Positions 20,005 to 30,215 of a DNA stretch of 64,000 nt are shown here, piece by piece. Each line of letters opens with the position of its first letter. Position 1 is the stretch's first letter. The stretch covers positions 23,173 through 87,172 of the IMG/VR virus record IMGVR_UViG_3300017605_000087, one strand, 5' to 3'. The DNA is from a virus. The notes below the pieces were generated by a model. That model was given only the letters and a program-made list of their open reading frames with translations. It was not told the DNA's origin and did no database searches. The position numbers and the translations under genes are program-made.

Positions 20005-22071
20005 TTATCTTGTATATCCAGCATTAACATATAAATTACCTACAACAGGATTAGTAGGAGCAACATTTGCTTTAGATCCTTCTGAATAAGTTACAGCAGC
20101 AGCTCCTCCAATTGATACAGCCACGCCGTCAGTAATTAATCTTGCTCCCATTAAATGAATTGCTCCACCTGCACTTGTAATAGGTATCACTCCAGCACTT
20201 GCAGCAGTACTAATTCTTGTATTATTAACTTCTAGTTCTCCTCCTGTTTGATTTATAACAACAGTAGTAGCTATTCTTGAACTTTCAAATATTACAGCAG
20301 ATGCACTAATTCTTGCTCCTGCTATGTTTCCTCTTTCAATCTTAAATACAATTTCGTTTCCAACACCAGTACATCTAAATAGTTCACGATTAGTCAATTC
20401 TATATCTCCAATCTTAATATCAGCTTTAAATGTTGTATTAGCCTGTGCATCAATGAATCCGTAAGTATTTGCACTTACATCTGACATATAATCTAATTCG
20501 ACTTCTAGTTTACCATCAATTACAGTAATCATTTGTATATATGCTTGAGATGCTGCTGCTCCTGGCATTTCAAATGTTTTAGCTTTAACTTTACATCTAC
20601 CATTCCAAGACATTCCAGCAGAATATATAATAGCGTTGAAGTTACTACTTGTTGTACATCTACAAACTCCTCCAATTTCAGCATAGAGATTTGATGTATC
20701 TTGTAATCTGAAATTCCTTCCTGCACAAACATAATCTCCTCTTACCTTTAGATATGTTGTACCATCTCTTAATACCATACCATTAGATATATTTGAAACA
20801 CTTACACTTTCAAATTCCAAATGAAATACAGCAGATGGATTAGTTCTTATTTGTAAGAATCCTCCTCCGCCACCATCTAAATCTTGTAATATTGAATTAC
20901 CTAATATTTTAACTGGTTGAGTTAAAACAACTCCTCCAGCAGTAGTATCAGCATTTAACATATCTCCTACGCTTTGAATTGTTGATCCAAGCATTCCCCA
21001 TATTGTTAATCCATCTACTAGTATACCTCCTCCAGATGAATGTGTTCCGGGAAGTAATAAAATTAATTGACCATAACTAAATAATGCCACAACAGCATTA
21101 ATTGATTGAAATGGTAAATCCATTCTTCCTACTTGTCCTGTTCCATCATCTCCATTAACAGGGTCAACAAAATATGTTGCATTAATTGGAATTTCAACTG
21201 TAATAGCTGCTATTGCAGCTTGTAAATCAAATAATGGTTTATATATACTATTCAAAACTTCAACAGCAATTATATCTCCAGCATTTCCTGCTGTTATTGC
21301 TCTTCCATATACAAATATACTATTAGTTTGATCTCCTACATTAGTAGGTCTAATCATTCCAGTAGCATTAACCATTACTTCATTATTTACTACTATTGTA
21401 TCATCTGCTTTTACATATACAAAATTAGTAACATCTACTATTGCTTTTCCATCATCTGTAATTCCTACAAGTACACCATTAATAGGTTTAGTATCATAAT
21501 ATTCATTAGTTACTAAACTTGGAGTTGTTTCAATAAAGTCAACTTCTCCAGGTGCAGCACCAGTTACAAGAGTAGCTGGTATAGCTCCATTTGCAATTTC
21601 ATCAACTTGTACTAAACTGAATCCAATATCTACTGCTGTATATTTAGCACCAAAAGTATTAGTAATATAATCTGCAAGATTTGCAGTAAATTCATCACTA
21701 GTAGTTGGTGGACTAAATGGCCCATTATTCATAACATCACCTTTAGTAATGTTTACTTGAACATCAAGAGCATTAGTTATTGTGCCAATAACAAGACTAT
21801 TAGCACCAACTGGAATACTAGTAGTTTGTAGAAACCACATTCCGAATTGTGTAGTAGTTACAGTAAAAGCATCATATAATATTGCATTACCTCCTGCATC
21901 AATAGTTACAGCTTTATTTATATCTCCAATAGTTAATGCTGTTGGAAATTGTTTAGTTCCATCAGAAGTTGTAAGTTCATCAATAGTATTGATGATAGCT
22001 TCAATCATTCTTCTATTTGATTCTGTTAATCCACTTTGGGATAACAAAGATATAAGTTCTACTTTAGTCAT
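20005..22071 (-). CDS. Tail spike/fibre with predicted beta-helix (depolymerase-like, 688 aa)
   Basis: YFVDPVNGDDGTG...PFQSINA...LLPGTH motif that typically opens pectin-lyase-like beta-helices; GRAITAGNAGDIIAV fibre motif. Confidence 0.65.
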   Translation of the reverse strand: MTKVELISLLSQSGLTESNRRMIEAIINTIDELTTSDGTKQFPTALTIGDINKAVTIDAGGNAILYDAFTVTTTQFGMWFLQTTSIPVGANSLVIGTITNALDVQVNITKGDVMNNGPFSPPTTSDEFTANLADYITNTFGAKYTAVDIGFSLVQVDEIANGAIPATLVTGAAPGEVDFIETTPSLVTNEYYDTKPINGVLVGITDDGKAIVDVTNFVYVKADDTIVVNNEVMVNATGMIRPTNVGDQTNSIFVYGRAITAGNAGDIIAVEVLNSIYKPLFDLQAAIAAITVEIPINATYFVDPVNGDDGTGQVGRMDLPFQSINAVVALFSYGQLILLLPGTHSSGGGILVDGLTIWGMLGSTIQSVGDMLNADTTAGGVVLTQPVKILGNSILQDLDGGGGGFLQIRTNPSAVFHLEFESVSVSNISNGMVLRDGTTYLKVRGDYVCAGRNFRLQDTSNLYAEIGGVCRCTTSSNFNAIIYSAGMSWNGRCKVKAKTFEMPGAAASQAYIQMITVIDGKLEVELDYMSDVSANTYGFIDAQANTTFKADIKIGDIELTNRELFRCTGVGNEIVFKIERGNIAGARISASAVIFESSRIATTVVINQTGGELEVNNTRISTAASAGVIPITSAGGAIHLMGARLITDGVAVSIGGAAAVTYSEGSKANVAPTNPVVGNLYVNAGYTR

Positions 22072-22072
22072 A

Positions 22073-23116
22073 TTATTGTACTTTGGTTAAAGTTAATATT
22101 CTTGGAGAACCAATTGAAACATCTCCTACTCCAGCTTGATTTGTTACTTTTAAAGCTATTGATTCTCCTAATGTTATTGCTATTTTTTGTGTAATAGTAC
22201 AAACATTTTTCATTGTATTATTTTGAATCATTGAAAATTCATTTCCTACTAATACACTATCTTTAGTTAATCCAGCTTTATATGTATTAAAAGTTACATC
22301 TCCTCCAGTATGACTAAAAGTTACAGTTGCTATATAATTTCCAGTTGGTATTGCATCATCAAAAATAAACTCAACATTTGTTCCACTTCCAACTAATATT
22401 GCATCAACATTACTATGTTGATAAGCTAATGGAGGGATTGCTGAAGCTGCTACTGTTTCTACAATATATACAGTTCTACTAAATGTTCCATCGGTTCTAA
22501 TTGCCTTAGTTATTTTTAAACCAGCAACAGTATTAGTAAATGTTAATGTTACTCCAACAGTAGTTCCTGTTGCAGCAGCACTAATTAGTATTGTTCCATG
22601 TGTAACTCCTGGTGTAAAAGATATTACATAAGCTCCTGCTGGAATATCTGTTCCTACTATTGGGTCACCATATGATAGTTTATTTCCATCTGCATTTAAT
22701 ACATTGGTAATACTTGTACTTGTATTAGTATTACCAGTCATTGTAACAGCAGTATCAGAAGCTCTCAATACTGTATCTATTTGTGGTATATGTGATGGTC
22801 TTACTATATTAGCAAAAGCAGTAGACAAAGCATCTTTATGTCCAATAGCTTCCAAATAAGTTGCTAGTCTTACTAATCCCTGAGCAGTTTCCGTAGCTGT
22901 ATCCTCTACATTCTTTTTAAATGTAATACTATTAAACAATTTGTCAAATACAGTTCCACTTGGATAATGGTTTGCTAGAAACCTATTATATTTAAGTGTA
23001 GGAGTTCCGTTAATTGTTACATAATATTGTGTTGGAAAACCTACCTCTTGGTCAGGTTTTGGTCCTACATTCACAGCTACTTGACGTAGGAAAAACTCTC
23101 TAAATTCTATATACAT
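22073..23116 (-). CDS. Tail fibre protein
   Basis: ATETAQGLVRLAT fibre repeat; VGTDIPAGAYV module; C-terminal domain paralogous to 18352-19296; ATG at 23116. Confidence 0.7.
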   Translation of the reverse strand: MYIEFREFFLRQVAVNVGPKPDQEVGFPTQYYVTINGTPTLKYNRFLANHYPSGTVFDKLFNSITFKKNVEDTATETAQGLVRLATYLEAIGHKDALSTAFANIVRPSHIPQIDTVLRASDTAVTMTGNTNTSTSITNVLNADGNKLSYGDPIVGTDIPAGAYVISFTPGVTHGTILISAAATGTTVGVTLTFTNTVAGLKITKAIRTDGTFSRTVYIVETVAASAIPPLAYQHSNVDAILVGSGTNVEFIFDDAIPTGNYIATVTFSHTGGDVTFNTYKAGLTKDSVLVGNEFSMIQNNTMKNVCTITQKIAITLGESIALKVTNQAGVGDVSIGSPRILTLTKVQ

Positions 23117-23135
23117 TTTAGTATTATTATATTGT

Positions 23136-23717
23136 TTAACATGTACATGGACATACAGTTTCAACGTTAACTGTACAGCTATATAAGTTTGCTAATGTTT
23201 CTTCTATGTTTATTGAAGTTGTTTCACTACATGATTCAGAAAATTCTAAAGGTTCTACTTCTAAATCTATTTCAATTCCCATTCCTTCGATTCCACCACT
23301 ACAATTAGTAGTAACTCCTTCACAAGGAGATGTAGTTGGTTCAACTTCAAATGTATTTTCGATTCCCATTCCATCTATTCCACATTCGGTTATAGGTGGT
23401 AATGAAAAGAATCCGGCAACTTTATCTAAGTCAATACCATTACAAGCAAATTTTTTCCTTTTATCTTCGTAACAATATTTAGTCTTAATTTCTTCCCATG
23501 TTTTAGTTCCACCATTTAATATACTAGATAATATTCCAATATAATAAATAGCAGCATAATATTGCATTGTTTTGAATTGTACACAGCTTTCTCCTTGTAT
23601 ATCTTCTTCTTTCCATTGTTGCTTATTCAAAGCTAATATCTCAGCCTTATAATACTTGAAAGTATTATTGATTGCTATTTCATAATAGTTAGCTTTATTA
23701 TAAGTTCTTAGAAACAT
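23136..23717 (-). CDS. Cys-rich tail hub-like protein
   Basis: 193 aa; duplicated GI[DE]GMGIExxxEVEP motif; synteny. Confidence 0.5.
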   Translation of the reverse strand: MFLRTYNKANYYEIAINNTFKYYKAEILALNKQQWKEEDIQGESCVQFKTMQYYAAIYYIGILSSILNGGTKTWEEIKTKYCYEDKRKKFACNGIDLDKVAGFFSLPPITECGIDGMGIENTFEVEPTTSPCEGVTTNCSGGIEGMGIEIDLEVEPLEFSESCSETTSINIEETLANLYSCTVNVETVCPCTC

Positions 23718-23721
23718 ATAT

Positions 23722-25392
23722 TTATTTACATCCTGTACAACCAGATGATGAAGATGTTTTTACACCATCTCCACATCCACTACAAGGTTTATTACAAGCT
23801 CTACAATATTCATTCATTCTATCTAACACCATTTGAATCTCATACAAGTCAGCTAATTTGTTAGGTAACAATGCTTCATATATAAAATTGAAATTATATT
23901 CTTCATTTAACATTGAAAAGAATGTATGTGCTGTAAGCATCATACTATTAAAGTCATAATATGCTTTACATGTATCTTGACAATCTGCCTTACATTTGCA
24001 ACATATTATTTTATCTAATGCTTTTAATATACACTCTTGTAATGCACAATATACTATAACTATAAATGTTTGAATCGTTTCTCCATCAGTTATAGTAAAC
24101 GTATATATACCATCACTTAAAGTTATATCTTTATATTCACCAGAATTTATTTCTACTACTAAATGTTCTACAAATTCACTTGTCGTATTTAATTTAGATA
24201 TTACAATTGATCTTGTAGCAAAGCTATTATTATAAGCCCTGTAAATATTACACTGTTGTTTCTTCACTTCCCACCAATTGCAAACATGTACAGGAAGATT
24301 AAAATTACAAGTAAATGGTCTTATTTCTCCGCCCCCAGTTACTACATATACTTCTGATAATGTAAATCTAACTATATAATCTCCTATTGTTGGATTTACT
24401 AAACCATAAGCATTAGCTATTGGGTCAAATACATATACTGGTGTAATACCAGTAAGATTAATGATTTGTGTACCTACTAAAGTACCATCATTATTATATA
24501 CTGAATAAGTTAATTCCAAAGAATCGAAAGCATAACTATTATTATCATTTACCCAATATGTTTCTAAATTTCCGAAATCTAATGCTGGATAAATGTTTGT
24601 TGTATTAACATTAGTTATACAATCTCCTACACATGTTTCACATGTAGCTGTTAAATTTTGAGTAGGTATATCTGTTTTCTTTAAGAAACTAGTTAATCCT
24701 CCTACACAACTATCTATTGGCGTACTTGGCCCTCCACAACATCCTTCTTCATATAATATTGTAGTTTGTTTTACACTAATGTTACTACTACATATTACTG
24801 TATTTCTAGTGTTAGCTAATGTAACACCATCAGCATCTAAATAAGATACTGAACCTCCTGAACTATCCAACTTATATAAATATAGGGCATTTGTATAAGG
24901 TTGATAATATCCAGTAAAACTACTATAAGCTCTTGTTTGTTCTCCTGATACTACGTTATTAGTTTCATTTATTAATCTAATATCCATATCAGGATTATCA
25001 TCCACAGGTGTTCCATCTCCATATAGAACATTAGGATTGTTTCCTAAATCATATCCAAATACTTGGAATATATTTTGATACAATATATATCCAGCTTTAG
25101 ATACTATAATTTCTACTTTACTTTTCATCCATACTTTAGGTATGTCAATGTTTAAAGTATAGTAGTCAGCGTTCTGTATTCCAATAGATGTTACAGTATA
25201 TCCTGCACCACTTACAATAGGTGCTGGAAATACATAAGTTGATACATCAGCAGTATTCCATACTATTGTATCATCAACTTTCAAAACAATACCTAAATTG
25301 ACATTGTTAAGTACGGCAGCAGCCTGACCACAAATCAAGTAGTCAGGTGCGCCGCTATTACCAGGTGAAAGTACTCTAAATCTAAGATTCAT
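23722..25392 (-). CDS. Cys-rich tail hub/fibre-docking protein (556 aa)
   Basis: Beta-rich body with DGIYTFTI; Cys clusters CCKCKADC and CRACNKPCSGC...CTGCK; follows auxiliary capsid gene. Confidence 0.5.
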   Translation of the reverse strand: MNLRFRVLSPGNSGAPDYLICGQAAAVLNNVNLGIVLKVDDTIVWNTADVSTYVFPAPIVSGAGYTVTSIGIQNADYYTLNIDIPKVWMKSKVEIIVSKAGYILYQNIFQVFGYDLGNNPNVLYGDGTPVDDNPDMDIRLINETNNVVSGEQTRAYSSFTGYYQPYTNALYLYKLDSSGGSVSYLDADGVTLANTRNTVICSSNISVKQTTILYEEGCCGGPSTPIDSCVGGLTSFLKKTDIPTQNLTATCETCVGDCITNVNTTNIYPALDFGNLETYWVNDNNSYAFDSLELTYSVYNNDGTLVGTQIINLTGITPVYVFDPIANAYGLVNPTIGDYIVRFTLSEVYVVTGGGEIRPFTCNFNLPVHVCNWWEVKKQQCNIYRAYNNSFATRSIVISKLNTTSEFVEHLVVEINSGEYKDITLSDGIYTFTITDGETIQTFIVIVYCALQECILKALDKIICCKCKADCQDTCKAYYDFNSMMLTAHTFFSMLNEEYNFNFIYEALLPNKLADLYEIQMVLDRMNEYCRACNKPCSGCGDGVKTSSSSGCTGCK

Positions 25393-25437
25393 TTGCTGAC
25401 ATTTGAATTTAACTAGTTAATTAGATACTGGTGTTTA

Positions 25438-26415
25438 TTAAGCACCAGTTTCAATTGGGTCTGTTAAATCAAATGCTTTAGCCATTGTTGTTGCAAAATC
25501 AGCAGCTTCAAATGTTGCAGCTCCATCAGGAACAGCAAGAATCAATGTTTGTTCATTCTGCATATCTCTTACATGAGTTCCATTCTTTTCCTCATACCAA
25601 CTAATCACCCATTGGTCATAGTTAATTGCAGTATTAGTTAAGAATGAACCACTAAAGAATTTAGCTGGAAGATGTACTTTGTTTGCATTTCCACGGCTAT
25701 CAGAATATTCTTCTTCAAGAGCAGCTACTTGTGCCCCTAAACCTCTTCCGATAAACATGTTTAAGGAGTTACTTGCTCCTTCTTTTTCAATTGTAGAATT
25801 TACAAATATTCCATCTCTTCCAATTTGGAACTTCATTCCATATTTTGCATCAAGACGTAATCCTACGTTTACTCCTACAATTGTAACAGATGCAATAGGG
25901 AATAATGGGTCGTTCTCTGCAATTTTAGCATCAATTAATGCTTTAACTCCCGCTAATACAATTGCATTTGTAGCACCTACAAGCAATGTATATTCAAAAC
26001 GATATGGGAATTGTGTTTCATCTAATGCACCATCTCTACGAGCAAAGATATTTAATATTGCTTGAGTTCCTTCAACCAATGTTCCGGGAAAGTTTAAAGC
26101 TCCTGTTGCTCCATCATTTCCTACAAATTGTCTTTCATTTACTGAAGCGACATAAGGACATGAATCAACTCTAGCCTCTCTCCTGATAATATTTGGGGAT
26201 TTAAGAACTAATGTTTCACTATCTTGTACTCCAATAGCTACATAAAATTCTTTAATGTCATCAAATACAGGAGCAGTAATATCAATTAATGCACCTTCTG
26301 CAAAAATTGCAATAGCACCTTTAGCTAGTAAGTCTAGCTCATTCATGTTGGCTATGGTTCCACCACCAACTTTAGCTGCATATACGACATCAGCTAATGG
26401 AAAGATTCGTTTCAT
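25438..26415 (-). CDS. Auxiliary capsid/structural protein
   Basis: 325 aa; GLGAQVAALEEE, YDQWVISW and LILAVP motifs; third gene after MCP as in crAss-like phages. Confidence 0.6.
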   Translation of the reverse strand: MKRIFPLADVVYAAKVGGGTIANMNELDLLAKGAIAIFAEGALIDITAPVFDDIKEFYVAIGVQDSETLVLKSPNIIRREARVDSCPYVASVNERQFVGNDGATGALNFPGTLVEGTQAILNIFARRDGALDETQFPYRFEYTLLVGATNAIVLAGVKALIDAKIAENDPLFPIASVTIVGVNVGLRLDAKYGMKFQIGRDGIFVNSTIEKEGASNSLNMFIGRGLGAQVAALEEEYSDSRGNANKVHLPAKFFSGSFLTNTAINYDQWVISWYEEKNGTHVRDMQNEQTLILAVPDGAATFEAADFATTMAKAFDLTDPIETGA

Positions 26416-26432
26416 ATTTTACTTGTTTTAAA

Positions 26433-27527
26433 TTAATTTTTTAATAATTCTTGATTGTTATATAGTAAGCCTTGAAAATTTCCTGCTTGTAATATTGCAG
26501 CTACTCTTTGTACGGCTGTATCTACTATCTTTTTTTGGACATCTTCTTTGAACTCTAAAGTTCTTCCTAAATTAATATCCATTCTTCTTGGAAACCTTAT
26601 ATATTCTAATACTAATTGTTCTACTACAAAAGTATTATCTTGAAATATAATTACACTCTTATTTTGTAAGTTACTTAACGGACTATTATACTTCGTACTT
26701 CCAAAAGAGAAACTCATCATATTTCTAGTATCTTCTCTATCTATAAGTCTGTCTGAGTAATAATTTCTTTTAATTGTACTATCAACAGTATATATTTGTA
26801 ATGTTAATTGTTCCATTGGAATAATTATTCCACCATTCATATTTACAGATATATTTGTAAATGATGTTTCGCTTACAAATATAAATGTATTATTATAATA
26901 CTGTCCATTAAACTCTTCCCAATATATTTGTACTGTTTGACTTGTTCTATTTATCTCTTCTAATATTAGATTGATTAATACAAACTTCAAGTCTTTATCA
27001 CTAAACCCATTCGGGTAATAATTATCTAAATCAAATAGAAGTGTTGAACTCCCTGTATTTAATGTTAATGAAAAATCCTTATAAAAATCAGTGATAGTGT
27101 TTACTGTATCATCTACTAAAACAAATTTACTTATATATAAAGTTTTGTTTGTTAAAGTCTTTTCAATTCCATTACATTTATAAACTGTTTTAGATACATC
27201 ATCTATCAGTTTAAAATAATTAGATGGTAATATTGCGTACATTGCATCGTCAGCATATCCATCAAACTCAATTCCTGCTTTAAAAGTAGTTAATAGTTTT
27301 GTTGTTACAAGATTCTGATAATCGTCATATCTAGCTTTATTATCTTGAAACTGTTTTCCTCCACTTACTCTAGTTCTTCCTTTAGGGTGAATTTGGTCGT
27401 CAATGAGCTTTAGAGCCGTATCATTTAATACCCAATCCATTTCCTCTGGTTCAAAGGCTCTATACCTATTTGAACTCATCTTTTGGAGTTTAGTATCAAA
27501 ATCTATGTGGCACTCTAAAGCTGTCAT
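26433..27527 (-). CDS. Head-tail ring protein (crAssphage gene 74-like)
   Basis: FEPEEMDWVLN, LPSNY, EYIRFP and IVDTAV motifs; ATG at 27527. Confidence 0.7.
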   Translation of the reverse strand: MTALECHIDFDTKLQKMSSNRYRAFEPEEMDWVLNDTALKLIDDQIHPKGRTRVSGGKQFQDNKARYDDYQNLVTTKLLTTFKAGIEFDGYADDAMYAILPSNYFKLIDDVSKTVYKCNGIEKTLTNKTLYISKFVLVDDTVNTITDFYKDFSLTLNTGSSTLLFDLDNYYPNGFSDKDLKFVLINLILEEINRTSQTVQIYWEEFNGQYYNNTFIFVSETSFTNISVNMNGGIIIPMEQLTLQIYTVDSTIKRNYYSDRLIDREDTRNMMSFSFGSTKYNSPLSNLQNKSVIIFQDNTFVVEQLVLEYIRFPRRMDINLGRTLEFKEDVQKKIVDTAVQRVAAILQAGNFQGLLYNNQELLKN

Positions 27528-27539
27528 TGACAATCAATA

Positions 27540-28640
27540 TTATAAACTAGCTAATGGGTCTACTGTTTCTTCAACTTTAGGTTCCTCTGTTTTCTCAACA
27601 ATAGGTTCCACTTTTTCTTCAACCTTAGCTATTGTTTCACTTTCTTTTTTTAATTCTTCTACTACTTTAGCTTTATATGATAATGGGTCTTGATACTTCA
27701 ATCCTCTATCATTATATACAGCATCAAGTCCAGCTAGAATTTTAGTATAAGTATTTCTATGTTCAGCTTTTAATAAAAATGTAACTGCATCTTCTATACT
27801 TACTCCTAATCTAACTGTATCTCCTCCCATTGGTTGATAAATAATAGTTTCACTATTATCTAATCTTTCAAGTACATTAACGTTCAAACATCTAAATATA
27901 AATGCTTTCATCATTAATTGAGGGTCTTCGCAGAAGTTTTTAAACTTAGTGATTTTTACATTCTCACTATCTTTATCAACTGTTTCAGGAGTTGATAATT
28001 TTTCTAGTATAATGTATTTTTCATCTTCACTCATATCATACGGAGCATATCCATATAATAATAATACATTATCCAATTTAACTGGGTCTGCAATTAAGTC
28101 AAGTCTATATCTTAATGCTTTATTATTAAGATCAACTCTACTTCTTGCACGTTTGCTTTCTTCTCTCTTATCTTCAATATAAAAAGATATATTGAAACTT
28201 GAGTTAATTTCATCAAACTTATTTGCTACTCTACTATATCCTAGACAATATTGCCATAGAACATAATTAGCAGGATTTAATGGTTTAACTGTTTTACCAA
28301 ATACTTTATTGTATCTAGTTATATCACCACTTTTGTAATCATCATAGGCTTCTTGAGTTGAATACTCAACACCTACCTCTAATTCTAATCCTGTATCGTA
28401 TGGTACTTCTACTGTAAGATTATCGAAATAATCTGCTACTGCTTGATTCCATCCGGGATTGTTATATGCTGTTCTTATAATATTAGGAAGAAGAACCATT
28501 TTTTCTTCTTCTGTAATACAATTTGAACCATTTAATGAACCTCCTATTTTTTTCTTTGTAAAAGAAGGATCATCGCCAGTACCTCTCCGTACATCACGGA
28601 AAGGTACTTGCTTGATCAAAATTTTTCTATACTCTCTCAT
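27540..28640 (-). CDS. Conserved protein following MCP (crAssphage gene 75-like)
   Basis: IGGSL, PLNPANYVLWQYCL and LGVSIEDAVTFL motifs; synteny. Confidence 0.65.
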   Translation of the reverse strand: MREYRKILIKQVPFRDVRRGTGDDPSFTKKKIGGSLNGSNCITEEEKMVLLPNIIRTAYNNPGWNQAVADYFDNLTVEVPYDTGLELEVGVEYSTQEAYDDYKSGDITRYNKVFGKTVKPLNPANYVLWQYCLGYSRVANKFDEINSSFNISFYIEDKREESKRARSRVDLNNKALRYRLDLIADPVKLDNVLLLYGYAPYDMSEDEKYIILEKLSTPETVDKDSENVKITKFKNFCEDPQLMMKAFIFRCLNVNVLERLDNSETIIYQPMGGDTVRLGVSIEDAVTFLLKAEHRNTYTKILAGLDAVYNDRGLKYQDPLSYKAKVVEELKKESETIAKVEEKVEPIVEKTEEPKVEETVDPLASL

Positions 28641-28697
28641 TCTGCGTGTTTTATTTTATTGTTTATATATACATTATAATTTATCACGACACTTATA

Positions 28698-30173
28698 TTA
28701 AGATAAGTTACATTTTACATGTAAGCAAAACTCATTGCGGAAGATGTTTACGGTCTTAGCTCCCAAGTAGTGAACTGAATCACTATCAAGGTCAGTAGAA
28801 ACTACTTTAGCTTTATTACCTACAACACTTGCAGCAAAGTTATCAAAAGGTGCTGGAGCCATACCAATTTCAGCACCAATGATTAATCCACGTCCTTTTT
28901 GTTTAACCATTTGTACGTTACGTTTTCCGTCATATACTGATTGGTCAATAAATACAGCTTCGTGAGAAGTCATTGGTAATCCACTAATAGGATGTCTGTC
29001 AGCAGCCTCAGCACGACCTCCAAAGTCGAATATTGGTGCTTTCACAACAGTCATTTTAGAACCATTGTTATGAACAAATGTTTTGAAGAAACCTCCAAGA
29101 ACAAGTGCATTAGAACTTCCACTAAGGAATTTATCACCTGTTCCACCTTCAATTACTTTCCACTCAGCAGCTTTTGCTTTCATAGCATCATCGAAGTCAT
29201 TTGCAAATCCTTCTCCACAGTACATTACAAACTCTTTATTGTCTGCATCAGTAGCACCGTATGTACTATCACCAATTAATTGATACAATTTCTTGTATGT
29301 TAATTGACCATAAGTATCATCATGTGGTACTTGTTGGAAAATACCTGCTCCGATTGGAATTGGTAAGCCTGATTCCTCATCAATTAAGTCAATCTCTCCT
29401 TGTTCATTTCTGTTATACAAAGATTCCCACATCCACTCTTCACACATTTCCATCCACTCCATGTGATGTTGCCACATTTCGTATTCTAACCAAAGGGTAG
29501 TTTTCTTACCTGCTCCGGTCATAAATTCTACTTCAACAATTCTATTTGATACGTTACCATCCCAACGATATGACTTTCTCATAACGTTCAACTGGTTCTT
29601 CATCTTTCCTGGGAATTTAGCATTACTTCTGTTTCCTTTTGATTTAGATTCAGAAACGATACCTGGCCCAGTCATTGACCATTTACTTCCAGCTACTAAG
29701 TCTGAGAATGGACAATAGCTATGTTGATTACCACTTAATAAGATCAACTTATATTGATAACCATTTGCTACTTGAATTGGTGGAGCCATTACACGGGCTT
29801 TTGTACCAGACCTTGATACAATTGGTGATTGTTCGATCAACCATCTACTAGCAAATACTACATAGAATGGTGCTCTTCCTACTCCGGGTTTATCAGTAGA
29901 TACATAACCGTGAGATACTACTACATCACTTTTTTTACTTCTTCTTTGTACAGGCCAAGTAAATTGTGCGTCTTGTACTTCACGTCCATCAGTTCCTCCA
30001 TTTTGTCCTTCTGTTAAAAAGGTTAATGGGAACTTATCACTGTCACGTCCACCTAAGTGTGTGATAACAGTTGATATTACATCAGGTTGAGTAATTAAGG
30101 CATTACTCAGACTGTTTTCATCAGTATATCCTTTACTGTCATACCGATCTTTGTAGATAATCTGTCCTTGCAT
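28698..30173 (-). CDS. Major capsid protein (crAss-like, HK97 fold)
   Basis: 491 aa; YTDENSL, FPLTFLTEG, KMKNQLNVMRKSY, IPIGAGIFQQ and MYCGEG motifs of crAss-like MCPs. Confidence 0.92.
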   Translation of the reverse strand: MQGQIIYKDRYDSKGYTDENSLSNALITQPDVISTVITHLGGRDSDKFPLTFLTEGQNGGTDGREVQDAQFTWPVQRRSKKSDVVVSHGYVSTDKPGVGRAPFYVVFASRWLIEQSPIVSRSGTKARVMAPPIQVANGYQYKLILLSGNQHSYCPFSDLVAGSKWSMTGPGIVSESKSKGNRSNAKFPGKMKNQLNVMRKSYRWDGNVSNRIVEVEFMTGAGKKTTLWLEYEMWQHHMEWMEMCEEWMWESLYNRNEQGEIDLIDEESGLPIPIGAGIFQQVPHDDTYGQLTYKKLYQLIGDSTYGATDADNKEFVMYCGEGFANDFDDAMKAKAAEWKVIEGGTGDKFLSGSSNALVLGGFFKTFVHNNGSKMTVVKAPIFDFGGRAEAADRHPISGLPMTSHEAVFIDQSVYDGKRNVQMVKQKGRGLIIGAEIGMAPAPFDNFAASVVGNKAKVVSTDLDSDSVHYLGAKTVNIFRNEFCLHVKCNLS

Positions 30174-30215
30174 TTTAATACATTTTTAAATTAGTATTGT
30201 TTATTTATTAATATT

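Noticed and set aside
18352-22430. Diversity-generating retroelement TR/VR pair
   Set aside because: Both copies are coding, diverged throughout rather than only at adenines, and no reverse transcriptase is present in the window
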